Below, piece after piece: positions 14,959 to 24,046 of a DNA stretch of 29,053 nt (position 1 is its first letter; each line of letters opens with the position of its first letter). The notes under the pieces are model-generated. The model saw only the letters and a program-made list of their open reading frames with translations, did no database searches and was not told the origin of the DNA. Location of the stretch: the IMG/VR virus record IMGVR_UViG_3300033067_000430, positions 1 to 29,053 of that record; one strand, 5' to 3'. Source of the DNA: a virus. Its lineage: Duplodnaviria; Caudoviricetes. A program made the position numbers and the translations under genes.

Positions 14959-16089
14959 ATGGCTACCACGACGACCCCGACCGATCTTGCACTTACTAAG
15001 TGGCGTCAAGAGTACTTCCTCGAATACGTTCGCGGCCACGGCTTCAAGCCGTACATGGGCGCAAGCAGCGAAGGCATCAACGCCGTCATTCACACGGCGA
15101 TGGACCTGCAGCCCAAGGGTAAGACCCTGACCATTCCGCTTGTGGGTCGCCTGACCTCCAGCGGCGTAGTCGGCAACACCCGACTGTCGGGCGCTGAAGA
15201 AAGCCTTGGCAAGCACAGCCACTCCGTCACCATCCAGTATCGCCGTAACGCTATCGAGTTCTCGGCGCAGGATGAGCACTACGACGCTTCCAACGCTCGC
15301 GATGCGGCCCGCCCGCTTCTGCAGCAGTGGAGCCAGGAGAAGCTGCGCGACGATATCATTGACGCCATGCATTCCGTGTCATTCTCCGGCGCCTCGGTGA
15401 AGACCTTCACCACGCCGCTCAATTCGTGGAATACGGCGGCAACGGCTGGCGAGTGCAATACGTGGGTGGCTGCCAACAGCGACCGCGTGCTGTTCGGAAA
15501 GCTGGTATCCAACTATTCGGCCACCTTCGCCACGGCAACCGCCAACATCGACAACACGGACGACAAGCTCACCGCTGCTGCCGTGTCTGTCATGAAGCGC
15601 ATTGCCAAGACGTGTGATCCGCATATCCGTCCCATCCGCACCAATACGGAAGACGGCCGCGAGTATTACGTCATGTTCACGGGCTCCATCTGCTTCCGTG
15701 ATCTCAAGGCGGACAGCAGCATCATCGCTGCCAACCGCGATAGCCGCGCCCGCGAAGGCAACGGCATGGACAAGAACCCGCTGTTCCAGGACGGTGACTT
15801 GATCTGGGATGGCGTGATCATCCGCGAGATCCCGGAATTCCCGGTGTTCTCCAACGGCACGATCAACTGCGGGGCTGCAATCCTTTGTGGTGCGCAGGCT
15901 GTTGCGGCGGCTTGGGGTCAGATGCCCCGCCCGACTGAGAAGAAGGAAACGGACTACGGCTTCTTCACGGGCGCTGGCATTGAAGAGATGATCGGCGTGA
16001 ACAAGATCATGCGCAAGCATGGTGTGACCGGCGCCTTTAAGGACAACGGAATTGTCACAGGCGTGTTCGCAGCCGTAGGAGACGCTTGA
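14959..16089 (+). CDS. major capsid protein (N4 gp56/DUF4043-like, HK97 fold)
   Basis: DL..KG.TLTIPLVGRL...GV.GN..L.GAEE.L, NPLFQDG.LIWDGVIIRE, LCGAQA, E.DYG. Confidence 0.92.
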   Translation: MATTTTPTDLALTKWRQEYFLEYVRGHGFKPYMGASSEGINAVIHTAMDLQPKGKTLTIPLVGRLTSSGVVGNTRLSGAEESLGKHSHSVTIQYRRNAIEFSAQDEHYDASNARDAARPLLQQWSQEKLRDDIIDAMHSVSFSGASVKTFTTPLNSWNTAATAGECNTWVAANSDRVLFGKLVSNYSATFATATANIDNTDDKLTAAAVSVMKRIAKTCDPHIRPIRTNTEDGREYYVMFTGSICFRDLKADSSIIAANRDSRAREGNGMDKNPLFQDGDLIWDGVIIREIPEFPVFSNGTINCGAAILCGAQAVAAAWGQMPRPTEKKETDYGFFTGAGIEEMIGVNKIMRKHGVTGAFKDNGIVTGVFAAVGDA

Positions 16090-16106
16090 TAGCGGCATGA
16101 CCTCAT

Positions 16107-16131
16107 AGCGGCGCCCTCAAAGGGCGCCGCT
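16107..16131 (+). promoter_or_regulatory. 11-bp GC hairpin after the capsid gene (mRNA stabiliser or attenuator; no U tail)
   Basis: AGCGGCGCCCT-CAA-AGGGCGCCGCT. Confidence 0.6.
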
Positions 16132-16163
16132 CCCTCCCAAATCTCTCAGAAGGAAATGCCACT

Positions 16164-16634
16164 ATGGCAGTCTATTACACCGCTAAGGCCCCCTCCAACG
16201 GCGGCGGCCCGACGACTGGTTACGGCGGAAACCGTGGCCTTGTTGTTCTTGAGAACCAGGTTGCTGTCACGGTCGCGGCCTCCGACAACGCGAACGACGA
16301 CGTGGGCTTCTTTTACGCCCCCGCTGGCTTCGTGGTCGTTGGTGGATCGATCTCCGCTGGCGACATGGACAGCACGACGACGCTGGTTTTCGACTTCGGC
16401 ATTGCGGGCACCGAAGACCTGTTCTTTGCCGCCAGCGCGGTGGGCCAGGCTGGCACCTACTCCGCAGCGCTTGCCCCGACTGGCCATCTCTACAAGTTCA
16501 CAGCTCGCACGGAATGTCGCCTCTTCACCAAGACGGCAACTGGCGGCACCCCCGCCGCCGCGACTGTCAAGGTGGCCCTGATCGGGTTCATTGATCCCGA
16601 CTACAACACGACCGCTCAGACGGTCTCCACCTAA
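16164..16634 (+). CDS. probable capsid decoration/cement protein
   Basis: Beta-rich, 156 aa, directly after the capsid gene, with strongly biased codon usage. Confidence 0.65.
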   Translation: MAVYYTAKAPSNGGGPTTGYGGNRGLVVLENQVAVTVAASDNANDDVGFFYAPAGFVVVGGSISAGDMDSTTTLVFDFGIAGTEDLFFAASAVGQAGTYSAALAPTGHLYKFTARTECRLFTKTATGGTPAAATVKVALIGFIDPDYNTTAQTVST

Positions 16635-16641
16635 CGCGCTT

Positions 16642-16667
16642 GAGAGGCGGGCCTCGGCCCGCCTCTC
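16642..16667 (+). promoter_or_regulatory. 11-bp GC hairpin (stabiliser or weak terminator)
   Basis: GAGAGGCGGGC-CTCG-GCCCGCCTCTC. Confidence 0.6.
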
Positions 16668-16693
16668 TCCCATCCTGACGAGAGGCAACGCAC

Positions 16694-17443
16694 ATGCAGC
16701 AGGATCTTGCAAATATCTGGCGCCGTCGTCAGCAGTTTGAAGGCACGGACCACCCTGGCTTTAGGCTACAGAACCTCACCACGACGCAGCGCGATGCGCT
16801 CACGGGTGATGGAGCGGCCAAGGCGGGCGACAAAATTTGGAACACGACGCAGGCCGCACTCAACATCTACGACGGCTCCGCCTGGCAGATTGTGGGCGTT
16901 CCCAGCTCCGTTGGCACTGTCACCACGACGGCCACAACCGCCGTTGAAGAGTACGGCAGCGGCATTGAGCATCTAACCAAGCTCACCATGACGGCGTTTT
17001 CTCTCGGCAACACGGCTGACAATGCCTCGCTAGGTATTGGCGCCAAGTTCTATACGTTCCCCGCTGGAACAATCATCGTTACCGACGCAACACTGGTTGG
17101 AAGTCTGACGGCAGCCATCTCGGTAACGACAAACACGCCGGAAATCGGCATCGGCACTGTGGTTGCTTCTGGCGCCGTGTCTGTTCTTTCGGGCACCGCC
17201 ACCTTTGAGGACATCATCGACGGCAACGTGTCCGGCACTGGTGGAGATACCGTTGCCCCCGATGTTGCGGGGACCGCTTTTTACAAGTCGTCCAGCTTCA
17301 CCAGCAACGTCCTCATCAAAACCACGGGCGGCAAGTCGCGCGATCTGTTCTTGAACGCAGCAGCGGCTTGGAATGACGTAACTGCGGCCGGTGCCCTGAC
17401 GTTCACGGGCGTCATTACACTCAAATGGACGAAGGTCTCCTAA
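16694..17443 (+). CDS. virion fibre/spike-like protein
   Basis: LTTTQRDAL...GDKIWNTT...LNIYDGSAW fibre module followed by a T/G/A-rich beta domain. Confidence 0.65.
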   Translation: MQQDLANIWRRRQQFEGTDHPGFRLQNLTTTQRDALTGDGAAKAGDKIWNTTQAALNIYDGSAWQIVGVPSSVGTVTTTATTAVEEYGSGIEHLTKLTMTAFSLGNTADNASLGIGAKFYTFPAGTIIVTDATLVGSLTAAISVTTNTPEIGIGTVVASGAVSVLSGTATFEDIIDGNVSGTGGDTVAPDVAGTAFYKSSSFTSNVLIKTTGGKSRDLFLNAAAAWNDVTAAGALTFTGVITLKWTKVS

Positions 17444-17453
17444 AGGAAACGCA

Positions 17454-17936
17454 ATGGGCTACGGCACCACAACGGTCGGCAAGTTCACGCGCATTCGCGA
17501 TGTTACTCTCTCGACCGACACCAGCGCCTACGCGAACGCCGATTTGCTGGCGGATACGCAATCCATCGACGCGTTCTTTAAGGATGTCGATGGCACGGGT
17601 TTAATACAGAGCGTGGCCTTGATCGATACCGACGACCAGACGCTCTACAGCTTCAGTGTTTGGTTTTTGGATGGGACAGGGTCTCTGGGAACGGAGAACA
17701 GCGCACCAGCTGCCACCGATGCCGTCTGCCTTACCGTTCTCGCCAAAGTGGACTTTGCAACCACTGACGGCCTCGATCTTGGCGGCTCCAAGGTTTATTC
17801 CAAGACTGGCTTGAGCATCCCAGTTAAGGCCATAGCTGGCACGGATGATCTCGGGGTTGCTGTGGTCGTCACTACGGGCACGCCAACGCATACCGCGTCC
17901 GGCATCAAGCTGCGCATTGGCGCAATTCTCGACTGA
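17454..17936 (+). CDS. virion structural protein (beta domain, paralogous to the C-terminus of 22219..23025)
   Basis: AAGGA SD; motifs TDTSAYANADLL and DLGGSKVY. Confidence 0.65.
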   Translation: MGYGTTTVGKFTRIRDVTLSTDTSAYANADLLADTQSIDAFFKDVDGTGLIQSVALIDTDDQTLYSFSVWFLDGTGSLGTENSAPAATDAVCLTVLAKVDFATTDGLDLGGSKVYSKTGLSIPVKAIAGTDDLGVAVVVTTGTPTHTASGIKLRIGAILD

Positions 17937-17942
17937 GGTCAC

Positions 17943-18188
17943 ATGAAAGCTCGATACATCGGCGGCGAAAGTGAACCCGGTAGCCGCAGCACCAAGCTCT
18001 TTGGCATCACGGTTTACTGCGACCAAGTGTTTGACGTGCCCACAGGCTTTGAAAAGAAGGCCCGCCTCAATCCATATGTGGAAGTGATTGAGGATGTTGC
18101 AGACGTGGCGGCAACGGACGCCGTAGAGCCGGAAGCGCCGAAGCGCACACGCAAGACAAAGCCCAAAGCTGATGCTGACGGCGCCTGA
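17943..18188 (+). CDS. hypothetical protein
   Basis: GAGG SD; 81 aa with a basic tail. Confidence 0.65.
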   Translation: MKARYIGGESEPGSRSTKLFGITVYCDQVFDVPTGFEKKARLNPYVEVIEDVADVAATDAVEPEAPKRTRKTKPKADADGA

Positions 18189-18204
18189 ATAGGAGGGCAC
18201 GCCC

Positions 18205-18633
18205 TTGTCAATCTCTAACGCTACGGAAAACGCGATCTTGAATTTGCTGTTTTCCGCAACTGCTTGGGCAAACTATGCAGACAACGCAGCGTCGTCTCCA
18301 GAAACCAACATTCATGTTGCGCTTCACACGGCTGACCCTGGCGACGCTGGCACGATGTCCACGAGCGAAGCGGCATATACGTCCTATGCGCGGGTCAACG
18401 TAGCGCGCTCTACGGGGTGGTCTACAGCATCCAGCGGCAGCGTCTCGCCTGCGGCCACGATTGCTTTCCCGGCCTGCACTGGCAGCAGTTCCACCGTGAC
18501 ATACTGGAGCACGGGGAAAACGGGCGGTGGCGCTACGGCGATACTGTTCTCCGGCACCGTTTCGCCATCGCTTAGCGTGTCCTCGGGGATTACTCCGCAG
18601 CTCACCACGAGCAGTACGGTGACCCTAGACTGA
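18205..18633 (+). CDS. virion fibre subunit (VALHTADPG family)
   Basis: AGGAGG SD with TTG start; motifs HVALHTADPG, EAAYTSYARV and IAFPACTG. Confidence 0.7.
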   Translation: MSISNATENAILNLLFSATAWANYADNAASSPETNIHVALHTADPGDAGTMSTSEAAYTSYARVNVARSTGWSTASSGSVSPAATIAFPACTGSSSTVTYWSTGKTGGGATAILFSGTVSPSLSVSSGITPQLTTSSTVTLD

Positions 18634-19091
18634 TGGCCTACGCCGACGCCATGCGCCGCTGCCTTGTAGACCTGGACGTGCCAGGCATCAGGGCCTTGTG
18701 GAAGTTGGTGTCCCCGCATCTGCCGCAAATGAGCGATGACCAGACGCTTGTCGCTTTGCACATGGCAAGAACCGCAGCAGAAAGCGTTCCCTTCCGCGTT
18801 CGGGCCTACTCCCACAAATGGCTCTTGGAGCGTGGGCACAAGTCGCAACTGCCTGACCGACTGAAGCCAAGGGCGGAACGCATCTATCCGCGTGTTGTTG
18901 GTGCCGTTGGCATCTCAGCAAACAGCAAGCATCTCATCGTCAAGCAGAGCGTCCAGGGCGCTATGGAGCGCGCAGTCTTGGATTGCTACGCGAACGGCGA
19001 TGAAGATCCTTCAATTGTGAAACCTAGGATGATGGACGCGAGGGCCAAAGAGCTTCGCGGCCTCAACCATGACCGCAGGTTCTGGCGCTAA
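18633..19091 (+). CDS. hypothetical helical protein (possible fibre chaperone)
   Basis: Coupled at both ends; basic and helical, unlike its beta-rich neighbours. Confidence 0.65.
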   Translation: MAYADAMRRCLVDLDVPGIRALWKLVSPHLPQMSDDQTLVALHMARTAAESVPFRVRAYSHKWLLERGHKSQLPDRLKPRAERIYPRVVGAVGISANSKHLIVKQSVQGAMERAVLDCYANGDEDPSIVKPRMMDARAKELRGLNHDRRFWR

Positions 19092-20278
19092 TGGCATTCC
19101 TCCTGAAAGATCGCGTCAAGGAGACGACGACGACCACGGGCACGGGCTCCATCTCCATGGGTGGCGCCGTGACGGGGTTTCGCGCGTTCTCTTCTGCGTT
19201 TTCCACGGGGGATACGACCTACTACACGATTGATGGCGGCTCTGGGGAGTGGGAGGTTGGCCTTGGCACGCTGACCAGCGGAACGCCCTGGACGATGGCG
19301 CGAACTTCAGTCCTGGCGTCAAGCAACGCGGGCAGTGCGGTCAATTTCAGCGCTGGCACCAAGAATGTCTGGTGCGATGCCCCTGCCGTTATGGTTTCCC
19401 CCGGCGGCTCCACCACTCAGGTGCAGTACAATAACGCTGGGGCTTTTGCGGGCGACAGCGGGTTTACCTACTCCAGCACCAACAAAGCCATCACTCTTGG
19501 TGGGGCAACAGTCACAGCCTCTGCGCCTGTGCTGGATCTTTCCCAGACGTGGAACAACTCCGGCGTCACGTTTACGGGCTGGAAGCTCAACGTCACAGAT
19601 ACAGCCTCTGCATCTGCCTCTCTCCTTATGGATTTGCAGGTGGGGGGGAGTAGTAAGTTCAAGGTTGACAAAAGTGGCAACGCAACCGTTCCGCTTGGGT
19701 TCATTTGCGGATACATGCAGGTTGCTGACGCTGGCGGGTTCCTGTCCGCGACACGCTCTCAGTTCAAGACCAATAGCGACGGTACTTGGACTATGTATAA
19801 TTCGGCAGGCACGTCGTTTACGTCGCTAAGCTGGTACACTGACACCATCCTCGCCCGCGACGCAGCTAACACTCTCGCCCTGCGTAACTCTACATCAGCG
19901 CAGACGTTCAATGTCTACAACACGTATACGGATGGAAGTAACTACGAGCGCGTTTCGCTGCAGTATTCTGCAAACGTAGCCTATCTTGCGTCTGAGGCGG
20001 CAGGCACGGGTACCGCGCGCACCATCGCTATATCTTACGCTGGCACTTATGTTGCGTCGTTCAGTACTTTCGGCATAAATATCAACCAGTCGCTGCTGTT
20101 CCCATCCGACAACACCTACGACATAGGTGCAAACGGCGCCACGCGCCCACGCAACGGCTACTTCGGCGGCACTCTGCAATTCGGCACGCACTCCGCAATC
20201 GGCGCCGAAACCGTCACCGGCTATATCACCATCACCGACGCAGGAGGCACGACGCGCAAGATTGCCGTCGTGAGCTAA
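19091..20278 (+). CDS. tail fibre / receptor-binding protein
   Basis: N-terminal DRVKETTTTTGTG...EWEVGLGT module, PGGSTTQVQYNNAGAF linker, C-terminal DNTYDIG...RPRN motif; followed by a DUF4376-like gene. Confidence 0.8.
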   Translation: MAFLLKDRVKETTTTTGTGSISMGGAVTGFRAFSSAFSTGDTTYYTIDGGSGEWEVGLGTLTSGTPWTMARTSVLASSNAGSAVNFSAGTKNVWCDAPAVMVSPGGSTTQVQYNNAGAFAGDSGFTYSSTNKAITLGGATVTASAPVLDLSQTWNNSGVTFTGWKLNVTDTASASASLLMDLQVGGSSKFKVDKSGNATVPLGFICGYMQVADAGGFLSATRSQFKTNSDGTWTMYNSAGTSFTSLSWYTDTILARDAANTLALRNSTSAQTFNVYNTYTDGSNYERVSLQYSANVAYLASEAAGTGTARTIAISYAGTYVASFSTFGININQSLLFPSDNTYDIGANGATRPRNGYFGGTLQFGTHSAIGAETVTGYITITDAGGTTRKIAVVS

Positions 20279-20281
20279 CCC

Positions 20282-20947
20282 ATGAACTACTCCATCACTC
20301 TCTCTGGACAGTCCTATACCCTGTCCACAAATGACGATGCGCAGATTGCCGCGATTGCAGCATGTAGGGCACGAGTGAATTCCTCGATGCCTCAGACAGT
20401 CAAGGACGGGGAGAACGATATCCCGAACCCTGAACTGTTAGCAGATGACAATGCCTTCCTTCAGCGGGCTTTTGATGCGTGGGCGATTGGTAATCCGGGC
20501 TACACGGCAGAAGACGTAGAGGCCACGAAGGTTCGCGCCTTCGCAAGCTACGCAGGGCAAGAGCCGCCGCAGCAGATTGTGGAGGCGGAAGTCCTGACAG
20601 GCGATGCTCTTAAGTCAGCCCTTAAAGCCTACGCCGCGCAAAAGCGCTATGCCGTCGAGACAGGCGGCATGAGCTTCAACGGCCTTGCCATTCCCACGGA
20701 CCGCGAGACGCAGAGCAAGTTGAGCGGCGCCGTGCTGGCCTTTCAGACAGGTGCGCTCTCAAACGCCATCGATTGGAAAACCGCAGCAGGCTGGGTGCAG
20801 CTCGATCAGGCCGCAGTGACCGCTCTGGCCTCTGCCGTAGCGGCTCACGTCCAAGCCGCCTTCTCTAGCGAGAAAACGGTTTCCTCCGCCATCGACGCCG
20901 AAACCATCACCACCATCCATCAGATCAACGCAGCAAACTGGAGCTAA
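20282..20947 (+). CDS. DUF4376-like tail fibre-associated protein
   Basis: AAQKRYAVETGG...TDRETQSKL...WKTAAGWVQL...AVAAHVQAAF..E. Confidence 0.8.
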   Translation: MNYSITLSGQSYTLSTNDDAQIAAIAACRARVNSSMPQTVKDGENDIPNPELLADDNAFLQRAFDAWAIGNPGYTAEDVEATKVRAFASYAGQEPPQQIVEAEVLTGDALKSALKAYAAQKRYAVETGGMSFNGLAIPTDRETQSKLSGAVLAFQTGALSNAIDWKTAAGWVQLDQAAVTALASAVAAHVQAAFSSEKTVSSAIDAETITTIHQINAANWS

Positions 20948-20948
20948 C

Positions 20949-21149
20949 ATGGACAAGGCCTTCAAGCCGCTTTCCGTCAAGATCGATACAGAGCAAGAGC
21001 TTAATGCTCTGATGCAGGTTCTTGACTGGGCGACCCGTCAGGGCGGCATTCAGGCGGCCACGCCCGTCGCCATCTTCGTCCAGAAGATCGAAGCCGCCCG
21101 CATCGAAGCCGCCCGCGACGAGGACAAACAACTCGCCCTCGTGGCCTAA
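20949..21149 (+). CDS. small helical protein (possible fibre chaperone)
   Basis: GGAG SD; 66 aa. Confidence 0.65.
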   Translation: MDKAFKPLSVKIDTEQELNALMQVLDWATRQGGIQAATPVAIFVQKIEAARIEAARDEDKQLALVA

Positions 21150-21168
21150 CAACACCTAGGGTCGAAAC

Positions 21169-21534
21169 ATGCTTGGGTTTTCGGCCCTATCAGAAACTGC
21201 ACTTGCGGAACTGCCACTTGGCGCACTGTCTGCGACAGGTTCTGCAAGCGGTACTGGCGATGCGGCTGGTGTTCTTGCGGCTCTTTTTGATGGCGTAGGC
21301 AGCGCAAGCGGCACAGGATCAGCAGCAGGCGCTGGGCAGTTAAGCGCGGCGGGTGTCGGCTCAGCATCCGGTCTCGGCGCAGCAATCGGCATCCCGATCC
21401 TGCAAGGTGTTGGGCGTGCGTCGGGTGTTGGCGCTGCGCTGGGCATCATCACGTACTCGGGAACACGCCGCCGCATTTCAAAGATCACATCAGGCGGCGC
21501 AGCGCGGTTCTTCGGCCGACGCTCGGCATCTTAA
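21169..21534 (+). CDS. Gly/Ala/Ser repeat protein (4 x G[S/R]ASGxG)
   Basis: MLGFSALSE N-terminus; repeats at aa 24, 44, 64 and 82; basic C-terminus. Confidence 0.7.
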   Translation: MLGFSALSETALAELPLGALSATGSASGTGDAAGVLAALFDGVGSASGTGSAAGAGQLSAAGVGSASGLGAAIGIPILQGVGRASGVGAALGIITYSGTRRRISKITSGGAARFFGRRSAS

Positions 21535-21545
21535 AGGAGGCTGTT

Positions 21546-21956
21546 TTGAGCCTGCAATACTCGGTCACGGCGCGGAACAATAAGCTCGACTCTCTGGAGA
21601 CGACGATTGGCGTGTCTCCCATCCTAACTATCCGAACAGGCTCGCCCCCGGCCAATTGCGCCGCCGCAAATACGGGAACCGTTCTCGCAACCGTCACGTT
21701 GCCCTCAGATTGGATGGCAGCGGCGTCTGGTGGAAGCAAGGCCAAGTCCGGCACCTGGCAGGACACGTCAGCGGACGCCACGGGCACAGCGGCGCACTTC
21801 CGCATTCATGACAGCACCGGCACGACTTGCCATATGCAGGGGACGGTAACCTCTGTTACTGTTGGGACGGGGGATATGCTGGTCGATAATACGAGCTTTG
21901 CCGCAGGACAGTCCTTCACCATCGGCACCTTCACAATCTCGACGGGCAACGCCTAG
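21546..21956 (+). CDS. virion fibre subunit (LPSDWMAAASGG family)
   Basis: AAAGGAGG SD with TTG start; 136 aa, T/G/S-rich. Confidence 0.7.
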   Translation: MSLQYSVTARNNKLDSLETTIGVSPILTIRTGSPPANCAAANTGTVLATVTLPSDWMAAASGGSKAKSGTWQDTSADATGTAAHFRIHDSTGTTCHMQGTVTSVTVGTGDMLVDNTSFAAGQSFTIGTFTISTGNA

Positions 21957-22219
21957 TGAGCATGCTTCTCCTCTATAACGCGGTCGGCGTCGGGTATGCC
22001 GCCATTACAGAGGCAGACGATACGCTGTCAGGCGCGGCAGCGCTCGCCCTCTTGGGCACTCTAACGGCAACGGAAGACGACGACACGCTGTCTGGCGCAT
22101 CCGTTCTGGCTTTGTATGCAGAGCTTTCTATCACAGAGCCTGACGATACGATGACGACGGCCTCCACGCGCCGCATCCGCAAAATCCTTCGCAACGTTAC
22201 GATGGGCGGCCACATCTAA
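21956..22219 (+). CDS. repeat protein (3 x TExDDT, 21-aa period)
   Basis: Repeats at aa 18, 39 and 60; coupled at both ends. Confidence 0.7.
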   Translation: MSMLLLYNAVGVGYAAITEADDTLSGAAALALLGTLTATEDDDTLSGASVLALYAELSITEPDDTMTTASTRRIRKILRNVTMGGHI

Positions 22220-23025
22220 TGGCAGACAACGATACCCTCCCAGCAACCGGCAGCATCATTGCCTCCGATGATATAGGTGGCGTGAAGTATCAGCGCGTCA
22301 AGCTGACGTGGGGGCCGGACGGAACGGCCAATGACGCGGACGTTGCCACGGGAAAGCCTATCCCGCTGCAATTACGCACGGCCACAGGAACGGCTATCGG
22401 AACTGCAGAGGACGTGGCGTCTGCCGATGGTGACGGCGGAATTCCGATTCTTGTGCGGCGCGCGGCATCTCCCGCCAACACATCTGGAACTGATGGCGAC
22501 TACGAAACCCTACAGATCAACGGGGGCGCCCTTTGGGTCAAGAATGTCCCCGTTGGCCATTCCGTAGCGGTCTCTGTCACGCGCACAGCAGACACGAACG
22601 TTTACGCCGCAAATGATGTTATAGGCGCGGCAACAGGTTCAACTGCGGCCCTGACCTGCGCCAACATGGGCGCCAGCGGCAGCACCATTATGATTACCGG
22701 GGCAGAGCTTCTGATTGAAGCCTCTTCGGTCATCAGCGGCGAAACGAGTTATCGGCTGTATCTCTACAACGTCACCCCGCCGAGCGCATCCGGTGACAAT
22801 GCTGCATGGGATCTGCCTTCGGGGGATCGCGCCTCTTTCTTGGGCTTCATAGAGCTTGGAACGCCCGTGGATCTTGGCAGCACCCTTTACGTGCAAAACG
22901 CCAACATCAACCGCCAAATGATCCTGTCCGGTACAAGCCTGTTTGCTTATCTGGTTACTGTCGGGACGTACACGCCTACATCGGCCCGTGTTTACAAGGT
23001 CACCTTGCACTCCGTCGAAGTCTAA
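22219..23025 (+). CDS. virion fibre tip / adhesin-like protein
   Basis: N-terminal MADN...DDIGGVKYQRVKL module; C-terminal beta domain. Confidence 0.65.
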   Translation: MADNDTLPATGSIIASDDIGGVKYQRVKLTWGPDGTANDADVATGKPIPLQLRTATGTAIGTAEDVASADGDGGIPILVRRAASPANTSGTDGDYETLQINGGALWVKNVPVGHSVAVSVTRTADTNVYAANDVIGAATGSTAALTCANMGASGSTIMITGAELLIEASSVISGETSYRLYLYNVTPPSASGDNAAWDLPSGDRASFLGFIELGTPVDLGSTLYVQNANINRQMILSGTSLFAYLVTVGTYTPTSARVYKVTLHSVEV

Positions 23026-23029
23026 CGGC

Positions 23030-23695
23030 ATGCATCCGACCCTGAATTACATTCTGACGCGGTCGAAACTGCCCGCCGCTGTTGCGACATACGTCACGAG
23101 CACAGGGAGCGGGTCAAGCGGGTCAAGCTTTTCATTCTCCGCCACGTCGCTCGGTCAAGTTTCGCAGTCGCGGATTGTCGTGGTCGGCGTATCGGCGCGC
23201 ATGTCCTCGGGCGGCGCCGCGGGCGTTACGTCTCTGACAATTGGCGGCACGGCGGCAACGCAGTTGGTACAAACGGCCGACACAACGACAGGTATCGTTG
23301 CTGGTCTCTATGCGCTCCAAGTCCCTTCAGGTGAGACAGCAACCATAGCTGCGGGCCTCTCAGGAACTGCACTTGCGTGCAACATTAGTGTCTGGGCTGT
23401 TGATGGAGCGCGTTCATCAACGCCGTTTACAACGGGATCTTCCACGTCGGACCCGGGGGCTGTTTCACTCACGTTCCCAGCCTATTCTACGGTTTTGGCC
23501 GTTGGCGGCTCTGACAATGCGCCACCCAACACCACATGGAGCAACGCAACAAAACGGTTTGATGGCGCAGCCGGTGGCGTCACGCATGCTGCCGCCGATA
23601 GCTTCTTCACTACTGCGCAAGTCGGCGTGAGCGTTTCGTGTGACTTCACAACAGCGACAAGTCCACGAACAGTGGCCGTCGTGTTCTCCCCTTGA
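23030..23695 (+). CDS. S/T/G/A-rich beta-strand virion protein
   Basis: ATG at 23030, just after the previous stop; two similar beta-sandwich-like halves. Confidence 0.6.
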   Translation: MHPTLNYILTRSKLPAAVATYVTSTGSGSSGSSFSFSATSLGQVSQSRIVVVGVSARMSSGGAAGVTSLTIGGTAATQLVQTADTTTGIVAGLYALQVPSGETATIAAGLSGTALACNISVWAVDGARSSTPFTTGSSTSDPGAVSLTFPAYSTVLAVGGSDNAPPNTTWSNATKRFDGAAGGVTHAAADSFFTTAQVGVSVSCDFTTATSPRTVAVVFSP

Positions 23696-23710
23696 GCGCA
23701 GGTTTCTGAC

Positions 23711-24046
23711 ATGGCTTTCAAGCCCGGACGCTATTACGTCAATTCTCCGTTGCGCCTGACAATTAACTTTCAGGACGACAGTGGAGACGACACGGACCCA
23801 TCTACCATCACGTTGCGACTGATATCTCCGGCGGGCGTAGAGACAAGCTATGTCTATCTGACGGATGACGAGGTTCAGCAGACCGACGCAGGCGATTACA
23901 CTTGCGACGTAACGCCAGATGAACCGGGGCGCTGGCGCTTTCGATGGGAGACGACGGGAGACGGCACCACAGTTGCATCAGAGGGCGATTTCCTTGTGCA
24001 AGACTCAGCCTTCTATGACACCAGCTATGTAGATTACGGCCCATGA
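23711..24046 (+). CDS. Ig-like acidic virion protein (possible fibre adaptor)
   Basis: DPSTITLRLISPAG...GDYTCDV....PGRWRFRW pattern; directly upstream of the head-tail adaptor. Confidence 0.6.
   Translation: MAFKPGRYYVNSPLRLTINFQDDSGDDTDPSTITLRLISPAGVETSYVYLTDDEVQQTDAGDYTCDVTPDEPGRWRFRWETTGDGTTVASEGDFLVQDSAFYDTSYVDYGP

Noticed and set aside
14032-16098. Long - strand ORFs (e.g. 14032..14751, 15379..16098; also 24951..25706, 28265..29014)
   Set aside because: Antisense shadows of GC-rich + strand genes with no recognisable motifs.
16156-16581. Alternative-frame 141-aa ORF over the decoration gene
   Set aside because: An R/P/S-rich off-frame product; 16164..16634 has the SD spacing and codon bias.
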